Source: an uncultured Candidatus Saccharibacteria bacterium
GTDB lineage: Bacteria; Patescibacteriota; Minisyncoccia; UBA6257; UBA11618
Assembly (NCBI GenBank): GCA_964432405.1
Contig: CAYSNH010000011.1
Span: 1 to 5,052, forward strand
Reading direction: 5' to 3'
DNA length: 5,052 bases
The position numbers and the translations under genes are program-made. Positions 1-5,052 of the stretch are shown here, piece after piece. The notes under the pieces were generated by a model, which was given only the letters and a program-made list of their open reading frames with translations, was not told the DNA's origin and ran no database searches. How positions within the stretch are numbered: position 1 is the first letter of the stretch; every line of letters begins with the position of its first letter.

Positions 1-26
1 TTAATTGTGAGAGGAGATTTAATTTT

Positions 27-1109
27 TTATAATTTCGTAATCTTTTTTATCAACCATCTTTGAAAAATATCAAAATTACTTATTAGAAAAAAGATTAGTT
101 TAATTGACGCCACAATAAATGGATTTTTTGAAACTAGACTTTTTCGTATTATTTCTGTGTCTTGAATAATTTTGGCTCCAATTTTGATCCGTTCTCTATT
201 ATATTGATCAACCTTGCCTTTTAAGATTGCTTGCACAGCTGCTACAGCATCATCAATTCCTAAATTCATTCCTCGGCCGCCAACTGGTGAGTGAGAGTGC
301 GCAGCATCTCCAGCCAACAGAACTCTGCCTTTGACATAAGTCTCGGCTTGTTTTATTGGAATTTTGAAAGAAGCTGCTCGACGAACAGTTTTTATATTTA
401 ATTTAATTGGCATGGCTTTAAGACTATCAGGCGTCGATGAGACCAATCTCGCTCTATTTGGACCAAGCCATACCATCACAAAAATATCTTTTTTGACTCC
501 GTCGATAATCCAGGCCGAGAAACGGTCAGGATTATTTTTGCCTAATAAATCCACATCTGCAATCGACCAAACTTCTCGAAGATTATAACCAACATACTTA
601 ATACCCAGCTTCTTTCTTGTTATTGAATTAACTCCGTCGGATCCGATAATCCAATCATATTTTTTAGACTTTCCGTTAGTGAAAGTAGCGGTGGCTTCTT
701 GAGAGCTTGTTTTAATATCAATGACTTTAGTATTGTATTTAACCCGGACACCTTTTTCCTTTAATACGCCAGCCATAATCGATTCAGTTTTGTCTTGTGG
801 TAGTATTACAGGCAAATCTTTAGACGGAAAATTTTTAGAAAAATCTAAGTCTATGATATTTTTTTTACCATAATGAATCCTGACTTTATTAAATTTTAAA
901 GCCGCTTTAAAAATTTTGTCACCCGCTCCCGAAGCTTTTAGATTTTTGATGCTTTTGGGTAAAATACCTGGCGCTCGAGATAATGGTGAAGGACGCTTTT
1001 TAGCATCAACAATTTCTGGCTTTATCCCTTTCCTTGCAAGCTCTAAGGCAGCTGTTAATCCAGTGGGACCGGCTCCAATAATTAAAACTTTTAAATTTTT
1101 TTTAACCAC
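27..1109 (-). CDS. FAD-dependent class A flavoprotein monooxygenase (PHBH/UbiH-like fold, FAD_binding_3 type); substrate unknown
   Basis: 360-aa ORF. Rossmann dinucleotide motif KVLIIGAGPTGLTAALELARKG at the N-terminus. DG motif WIIGSDGVNSITR. GD motif LLAGDAAHSHSPVGGRGMNLGIDDA. GTG at 1109-1107 is the first possible start after an in-frame TGA (1124-1122). TAA stop at 29-27. Hydrophobic C-terminal segment FIVASIKLIFFLISNFDIF. Confidence 0.85.
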   Translation of the reverse strand: MVKKNLKVLIIGAGPTGLTAALELARKGIKPEIVDAKKRPSPLSRAPGILPKSIKNLKASGAGDKIFKAALKFNKVRIHYGKKNIIDLDFSKNFPSKDLPVILPQDKTESIMAGVLKEKGVRVKYNTKVIDIKTSSQEATATFTNGKSKKYDWIIGSDGVNSITRKKLGIKYVGYNLREVWSIADVDLLGKNNPDRFSAWIIDGVKKDIFVMVWLGPNRARLVSSTPDSLKAMPIKLNIKTVRRAASFKIPIKQAETYVKGRVLLAGDAAHSHSPVGGRGMNLGIDDAVAAVQAILKGKVDQYNRERIKIGAKIIQDTEIIRKSLVSKNPFIVASIKLIFFLISNFDIFQRWLIKKITKL

Positions 1110-1115
1110 ACTTTT

Positions 1116-1124
1116 ATTATATCA
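1116..1124 (-). promoter_or_regulatory. Extended -10 promoter element TGATATAAT (minus strand) for the monooxygenase gene
   Basis: The reverse complement of 1116-1124 reads TGATATAAT, matching the TGnTATAAT consensus. Only 6 nt (AAAAGT) separate it from the GTG start at 1109. No good -35 hexamer lies at 17-bp spacing (AGGTAG), which is tolerated for extended -10 promoters. Confidence 0.45.
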
Positions 1125-1160
1125 AAACAACTAAGAAACTACCTCTTTTATTACCAGCCT

Positions 1161-1189
1161 TTGACAGTTTTTTATAGATGTGATATGAT
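1161..1189 (+). promoter_or_regulatory. Sigma70-type promoter for the helicase-typA unit
   Basis: TTGACA (1161-1166, perfect -35), exactly 17-nt spacer (1167-1183), TATGAT -10 (1184-1189) preceded by TGa (1181-1183), giving an extended -10. Predicted transcription start is near 1196, leaving a leader of about 58 nt before the ATG at 1255. Confidence 0.6.
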
Positions 1190-1254
1190 TTGCTAATCCT
1201 GAGAAACGTGTGGGGCTCATGAATGATTAAGTAATTACCGCACAGCCCAACGTT

Positions 1255-2541
1255 ATGAATAAATCTACTTACCGTCCTGGCAAGACCAGGCGTTCTACTA
1301 GTGTTCGGCGTTCACGCAAGAATACTGGCTCAAATACTAATAATAGCAAGCGCAGTTTTTCTGCGTCTAAAAACTCTCGTCGATTTAATAATAAGTCTGG
1401 CGCGAATAATAGTTCACAAAAACGACGTGGTAAACGGTCGTCTTTTGATGTGTCTCAATATATTAATAGAAATCCAGTGATTCAAAAAGAAGAGGCTCCT
1501 TATGTAGCTCAGCATAAATTCACCGATTTTAATCTTTCAGAGAGCTTGGTGCGTCAGGTGGGGAATGTCGGTTATGTTACCCCGACCCCTATTCAAGATC
1601 AGATCATTCCTTATATTGTGGCGGGCAGGGATGTGGTTGGTTTAGCCAATACTGGTACTGGTAAGACGGCAGCTTTTCTAATCCCTCTTATTAATAAGGT
1701 TTTAAGTAATAAAAAAGAATCGGTAATGATCTTGGCTCCAACTCGTGAGTTGGTTATTCAAATTGAGCGAGAATTAAGAACCTTAACTCGTGACTTACGC
1801 GTCTTTTCGGTAACTTGTGTTGGTGGTGTGGGTATTAATCCTCAGATTAGAGCTTTGAAGCAGCACAATCACTTTATTGTTGGTACGCCGGGTCGAGTGA
1901 AGGATTTAATTAAGCGAGGTTGTATTAAGCCGTTTCAGATTGGTACAGCTGTTTTGGATGAGGCGGATCAGATGCTTGATATGGGCTTCATCGGTGACAT
2001 GAGGGCTATTCTTAGATTAATGAAGAAAGATCGTCACACGCTTTTCTTTTCTGCGACTATGCCACAAACAATCAAAGACTTAATTCGAGAGTTTTTGAAC
2101 GATCCAGTTAATGTTTCAGTTAAGAAGCAGGATATTACCAGTAACATTGCTCAAGATGTGGTTAAGGTGGGTGATAGGGATAAGGTGGCGGTATTAGCTG
2201 ATTTAGTTTCACAAAAAGACTTTTCTAAGGTGATCGTCTTTGGTCAAACAAAGCACGGTGTTGAGAAGTTAAGCAAGAAGCTTATTCAGCGAGGTGTGAG
2301 AGCAATTTCTATTCATGGTAACAAGTCTCACGTTCAGCGTCAGCAAGCATTGAGGCATTTTAAAGACGCTCATGTTGACGTTCTTATAGCCACAGATGTG
2401 GCAGCTAGAGGTATTCATGTGAGTAACGTTTCTCATGTTATTAACTATGACTTACCAGCTACACAGGAGGCTTATGTCCATCGTATTGGTCGAACAGGGC
2501 GAGTTAATAATAAAGGCATGGCCTTAACATTTGTTAAATAA
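1255..2541 (+). CDS. ATP-dependent DEAD-box RNA helicase with a basic low-complexity N-terminal tail
   Basis: 428-aa ORF with the full DEAD-box motif set. Q motif FTDF...GYVTPTPIQ. Motif I ANTGTGKTAAF (from nt 1645). Ia PTRELV. Ib GTPGRV. II VLDEAD (DEAD = nt 1957-1968). III SAT. IV VIVFGQTK. V LIATDVAARGIHV. VI HRIGRTGR. TAA stop at 2539-2541. No Met lies between residue 1 and the Q motif. Confidence 0.95.
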   Translation: MNKSTYRPGKTRRSTSVRRSRKNTGSNTNNSKRSFSASKNSRRFNNKSGANNSSQKRRGKRSSFDVSQYINRNPVIQKEEAPYVAQHKFTDFNLSESLVRQVGNVGYVTPTPIQDQIIPYIVAGRDVVGLANTGTGKTAAFLIPLINKVLSNKKESVMILAPTRELVIQIERELRTLTRDLRVFSVTCVGGVGINPQIRALKQHNHFIVGTPGRVKDLIKRGCIKPFQIGTAVLDEADQMLDMGFIGDMRAILRLMKKDRHTLFFSATMPQTIKDLIREFLNDPVNVSVKKQDITSNIAQDVVKVGDRDKVAVLADLVSQKDFSKVIVFGQTKHGVEKLSKKLIQRGVRAISIHGNKSHVQRQQALRHFKDAHVDVLIATDVAARGIHVSNVSHVINYDLPATQEAYVHRIGRTGRVNNKGMALTFVK

Positions 2542-2548
2542 TAATTTT

Positions 2549-4339
2549 ATGGAAATCAGAAACATAGCAATAATCGCTCACGTGGATCATGGTAAGACGA
2601 CCCTTACCGATGAGATCTTGAAATATACAGGGGGTGGTAAAGAGGGGGTGTCCATGGACTCAAACGACCTTGAGAAGGAGCGGGGTATTACTATTTATGC
2701 TAAAAACACTAGCGCTTTTTATAAAGACACCAAGATTAATATCTTGGATACACCGGGGCACGCCGACTTTGGTTCTGAGGTGGAGCGTGTTTTGCGTTCT
2801 ATCGACTCAGTGTTGTTGGTAGTGGATGCGGCCGAGGGACCAATGCCTCAGACCAAGTTCGTATTGAAGAAATCTTTACAGCTAGGATTAAAGCCTATTT
2901 TGATTTTGAATAAGATTGATAAGCCAGCTGCTGATGTAGAGAAGGCTAAGGAGGCTGTTTATGAGCTTTTCCTTGATTTGGGAGCTACAGATGAGCAGTT
3001 GGACTTTAAAACCCTTTATGCTATTGGGCGTGATGGAGTGGCGAAGCATAATATGGAGGATGAAGCTAAGGATCTTTCTCCTATTTTAGATACTATTCTT
3101 GAGGAGGTGGCCCCAGCTTCTGGAGATGATTTAAGGCAAGAGTCATTGTCAGCTCAAGTGTTTAATTTAGGTTATGATAACTTTTTAGGTCGAATGGGAA
3201 TAGTGCGTATTTATAAAGGATCTATTAAAGACAAGCAAAAGATTTTTGTTAAAGATGCAGAGGGTAATGAGTATGCAGGTAATATTGTTAAACTCTTTAC
3301 CTTTGAAGGACTTGAGAGAAAGGAGGTGGCCGAGGCTTTTGCTGGGGACATTGTAATGGTGGCTGGTTTGCCAGAAATCTTTATTGGACAAACATTGTTA
3401 GAGAGTGGGGAGGGGGAGGCTCTACCAGCCATTGCGGTTGATGAACCAACTCTATCTTTCTATATGTTTGTTAATGACTCTCCTTTTGCAGGACGAGTAG
3501 GGAAGTTTGTCACTGGACGACAAATTAGAGAGCGTCTTGAAAAAGAGCTTGAGGTTAACGTTGGTTTGAAGGTTGATTTTAAAGATAATTCACGAATGAA
3601 AGTGTATGGTAGAGGAGAGCTTCACTTAGCTGTTTTAATTGAAAATATGCGTAGAGAGGGTTTTGAATTAGCTGTTTCTCAGCCAGAAGTTATTTTCAAA
3701 GAGGAGGATGGTAAGAAGTTAGAGCCTTTTGAGGAGGTTAACGTTTTGGTGCCTGATGAGTTGTCAGGAGCGGTGATTGAGAAGTTGGGTAAGCGTCGAG
3801 GTGTGATGACCAGTATGGGTCAGGAGCACGGTGATGCCAAGTTAACTTTCGAGGTGCCAACTCGAGGTTTGTTAGGTTATCTCAATGAGTTTGTCGTTGA
3901 TACTAAGGGTAAGGGGATTTTAACCTCTGTCTTTAGTCATTTTGGTATTTATGCGGGTGAGATACAGAAGACCGAGTTAGGATCAATGGTTTCTATGGCC
4001 ACCGGTAAGGCGTTAGGTTTTTCACTAGCTAACTTGCAGGATCGAGGTACTTTATTCATTAAACCTAACATTGAGGTTTATGAAGGCATGGTGATTGGTA
4101 CCACGGCCAAAGGTGAGGATATGGCAGTTAATCCGACTAAGGGTAAGCAGTTAACTAACATGCGAGCAGCTAAATCTGATGAGAATATTACTTTAGCTCC
4201 ACCACTTGATCTAACTCTTGAGAAAGCTTTGAGCTTTATGCGGGCGGATGAGTATTTGGAGGTGACTCCTGATTCGGTTCGTTTGCGGAAGCAATATCTA
4301 ACAGCAGGAGAGCGTTCGAGGCATAAGAAGGATAAGTAA
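2549..4339 (+). CDS. typA: Translational GTPase TypA/BipA (ribosome-binding, EF-G/LepA superfamily)
   Basis: G1 [10 protein letters not shown]2 region RGITI, G3 DTPGH, G4 NKID. The ORF is colinear over its whole length with E. coli BipA as recalled, for example [56 protein letters not shown]. The ATG at 2549 gives [11 protein letters not shown], which matches homolog N-termini. The ORF-track start at 2531 is a TTG adding 6 residues. The stop is a tandem TAA TAA (4337-4342). Confidence 0.95.
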   Translation: MEIRNIAIIAHVDHGKTTLTDEILKYTGGGKEGVSMDSNDLEKERGITIYAKNTSAFYKDTKINILDTPGHADFGSEVERVLRSIDSVLLVVDAAEGPMPQTKFVLKKSLQLGLKPILILNKIDKPAADVEKAKEAVYELFLDLGATDEQLDFKTLYAIGRDGVAKHNMEDEAKDLSPILDTILEEVAPASGDDLRQESLSAQVFNLGYDNFLGRMGIVRIYKGSIKDKQKIFVKDAEGNEYAGNIVKLFTFEGLERKEVAEAFAGDIVMVAGLPEIFIGQTLLESGEGEALPAIAVDEPTLSFYMFVNDSPFAGRVGKFVTGRQIRERLEKELEVNVGLKVDFKDNSRMKVYGRGELHLAVLIENMRREGFELAVSQPEVIFKEEDGKKLEPFEEVNVLVPDELSGAVIEKLGKRRGVMTSMGQEHGDAKLTFEVPTRGLLGYLNEFVVDTKGKGILTSVFSHFGIYAGEIQKTELGSMVSMATGKALGFSLANLQDRGTLFIKPNIEVYEGMVIGTTAKGEDMAVNPTKGKQLTNMRAAKSDENITLAPPLDLTLEKALSFMRADEYLEVTPDSVRLRKQYLTAGERSRHKKDK

Positions 4340-4340
4340 T

Positions 4341-4370
4341 AAAAAACCACCGATTATATCAGTGGTTTAT
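4341..4370. terminator. Intrinsic terminator hairpin shared by the convergent typA and nucleotidase genes
   Basis: AAACCAC (4344-4350) pairs perfectly with GTGGTTT (4362-4368). Inner pairs GAT/ATC (4352-4354 with 4358-4360) are possible around a TAT loop, with one C-A mismatch. On the minus strand the GC core is followed by T6 (complement of A 4341-4346). On the plus strand only TTTAT follows. It sits 2 nt after the typA stop and 11 nt after the nucleotidase stop. The stem is short and AT-rich. Confidence 0.55.
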
Positions 4371-4380
4371 GAACTCTTAA

Positions 4381-4947
4381 TTAAGATTTTTTATTTTCTT
4401 CAATTTCATTTATTACCTCTAGCCAATTATCCCATCTATTAGAGATCCTTTTCTTGTTAGGCACCTCTCTATTAAAAGGGTAGTCGAACAAGACGTGTTC
4501 CCAGGTAGGGGTTAGAGTGCCTTCAATTTCTGGCTTGTCATCAATTAGCACGTCACCTCGTACAAGAGTTTTGTCTTTTGTCAGAATGATGTGTTCTGTT
4601 AATTCTCGACCCAGATGCCTTTCAATCCACTGATATTTTTCAAGAACACAGTTCTCAAATGCAGGGAGAGGTGAGGTGCAAATCTTTACCTCATGTCCCA
4701 TGTCAATCATTTGAGCAATTGCTTCGATCGCTCCTTCAATAGGTGGAAGGTTGAGAAAAAATTCAGGGGCTTTGAAGATGTCTTCGATGACGTGCTTGAA
4801 GCAAGCTGGATGTTGCTCTTGAACGTAGAAAGTATTTCTTTCTTCAAGAGGTGTGTAGTCAAAGTCGGGGAATCGGCGACGCCACTTTTTCAGAAAATCT
4901 TCTTCGAAGTTAGCTAGCGGCCCATCTTGATCAACGAGTATTAGCAC
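4381..4947 (-). CDS. 5'(3')-deoxyribonucleotidase, HAD superfamily, NT5C family (cdN/mdN-like)
   Basis: 188-aa ORF. HAD motif I LVDQDGPLANFE (DxD nucleophile and acid). Motif II ICTSP. Motif III Lys in ILTKDKT. Motif IV LIDDKP. Additional NT5C-family blocks EKYQWIERHLG and TWEHVLF. GTG start at 4947-4945 is preceded by AGGAG at 7-nt spacing. TAA stop at 4383-4381. Confidence 0.85.
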   Translation of the reverse strand: MLILVDQDGPLANFEEDFLKKWRRRFPDFDYTPLEERNTFYVQEQHPACFKHVIEDIFKAPEFFLNLPPIEGAIEAIAQMIDMGHEVKICTSPLPAFENCVLEKYQWIERHLGRELTEHIILTKDKTLVRGDVLIDDKPEIEGTLTPTWEHVLFDYPFNREVPNKKRISNRWDNWLEVINEIEENKKS

Positions 4948-4954
4948 TTGTTGG

Positions 4955-4959
4955 CTCCT
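4955..4959 (-). promoter_or_regulatory. Shine-Dalgarno site (AGGAG) of the nucleotidase gene
   Basis: The minus strand reads AAAAAAAGGAG-CCAACAA-GTG, so AGGAG lies 7 nt upstream of the GTG start. It is the only clear SD among the four genes. Confidence 0.65.
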
Positions 4960-4975
4960 TTTTTTAAAGATCTAA

Positions 4976-4986
4976 GTTGGTCGAAG
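4976..4986. repeat. Direct repeat copy 1, GTTGGTCGAAG
   Basis: Exact 11-mer, also present at 5031-5041, giving a 55-bp period. Flanks are loosely similar: tAaGTTGGTCGAAG...AAGCTTTT versus tAgGTTGGTCGAAG...GAGCTTTT. Confidence 0.85.
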
Positions 4987-5030
4987 CATAGCATAAAAGC
5001 TTTTTAATACAATAAGACATTGCTTTTTAG

Positions 5031-5041
5031 GTTGGTCGAAG
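5031..5041. repeat. Direct repeat copy 2, GTTGGTCGAAG
   Basis: Exact match to 4976-4986. It lies upstream of the minus-strand nucleotidase gene, and the window ends 11 nt later, so further copies cannot be excluded. Confidence 0.85.
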
Positions 5042-5052
5042 TTAGAGCTTTT

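Noticed and set aside
1-26. AGGAG at 12-16 on the plus strand as an RBS
   Set aside because: No start codon follows at a suitable distance on the plus strand, because the region runs into the 3' end of the minus-strand monooxygenase. The window edge prevents any further interpretation.
364-1134. Plus-strand ORFs 364-588 (74 aa) and 916-1134 (72 aa)
   Set aside because: They lie almost entirely antisense to the well-supported monooxygenase CDS. They have no recognisable motifs or RBS, and their composition is typical of shadow ORFs.
1450-1479. In-frame GTG codons at 1450 and 1477 as alternative helicase starts that would remove the basic tail
   Set aside because: Neither has an SD or other initiation signal. 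The ATG at 1255 is the first ATG of the long ORF after the predicted TSS. This is kept as the explicit refutation route for the tail finding rather than as the preferred model.
2531-2548. TTG start at 2531 for typA, overlapping the helicase end by 11 nt and adding MLNNNF
   Set aside because: The ATG at 2549 gives [18 protein letters not shown], which matches the short N-termini of TypA/BipA homologs. The TTG has no SD, and the extension is low-complexity read-through of AT-rich spacer.
2630-2648. G-runs (GGGGG..GG..GGGGG) as a possible G-quadruplex
   Set aside because: There are only three runs, and they are explained by the Gly/Glu codons of TGGGKEGV in typA.
2634-2822. 62-aa plus-strand ORF within typA in another frame
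   Set aside because: It is an out-of-frame ORF inside a strongly conserved GTPase domain, with no independent support.
3407-3419. GGGGAGGGGGAGG tract as a possible G-quadruplex or slippery repeat
   Set aside because: There are fewer than four G-runs, and the tract encodes SGEGEA in frame within typA. There is no evidence of frameshifting, because the ORF is continuous and colinear with homologs.
3185-3432. Minus-strand ORFs 3185-3391 and 3211-3432
   Set aside because: They are antisense shadow ORFs inside typA, with no motifs or initiation signals.
4078-4350. 90-aa minus-strand ORF overlapping the typA 3' end and the terminator
   Set aside because: It is antisense to conserved typA coding sequence, and it would start inside the terminator hairpin. 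It is likely spurious.
4693-4917. 74-aa plus-strand ORF inside the nucleotidase gene
   Set aside because: It is antisense to a CDS with clear HAD/NT5C motifs, and nothing supports it.
4964-5020. 18-codon minus-strand mini-ORF (MSYCIKKLLCYASTNLDL) upstream of the nucleotidase gene, ending just before its SD
   Set aside because: It has no SD, is very short, and has no recognisable leader-peptide logic. It cannot be told apart from chance in AT-rich DNA. It is worth revisiting only if ribosome profiling shows occupancy.
4976-5041. The 11-bp direct repeats as a CRISPR array or transposon ends
   Set aside because: Only two short direct copies are present (CRISPR repeats are 24 bp or longer and need more units). 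There are no inverted termini, target-site duplications or transposase or cas genes in the window.
1-5052. Alternative genetic code (TGA as a sense codon), prompted by the TGA just upstream of the monooxygenase start and the use of TAA for all four stops
   Set aside because: All four proteins are full-length and colinear with homologs under the standard code. There is no in-frame TGA across more than 1500 codons, and Trp is always TGG. TAA-only stops fit an AT-rich genome.

Overview
This AT-rich, compact window looks bacterial and uses the standard genetic code: all Trp codons are TGG and all four stops are TAA. It holds four confident protein genes and short intergenic regions. (1) 27-1109 (-) is a class A FAD-dependent monooxygenase. 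(2) 1255-2541 (+) is a DEAD-box RNA helicase with every core motif, an unusual acid-free Arg/Lys/Ser/Asn-rich N-terminal tail, and no C-terminal extension. (3) 2549-4339 (+) is the ribosome-binding GTPase TypA/BipA, starting 7 nt after the helicase stop and apparently co-transcribed with it. (4) 4381-4947 (-) is an NT5C-family HAD 5'(3')-deoxyribonucleotidase that is colinear with the animal cdN/mdN enzymes as I recall them. Supported non-coding elements are a near-consensus sigma70-type promoter for the helicase/typA unit, an extended -10 box abutting the monooxygenase GTG start (candidate leaderless mRNA), an intrinsic terminator hairpin shared by the convergent typA and nucleotidase genes, an AGGAG RBS for the nucleotidase, and an 11-bp exact direct repeat spaced 55 bp apart at the right edge. 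I see no CRISPR array, tRNA/rRNA, transposase, integrase or defence-system hallmark, and I cannot honestly claim a novel multi-gene system. The most interesting leads are the helicase tail, the helicase-typA coupling, the animal-like nucleotidase, the leaderless GTG start and the upstream repeats. Taxon cannot be assigned from this sequence alone.
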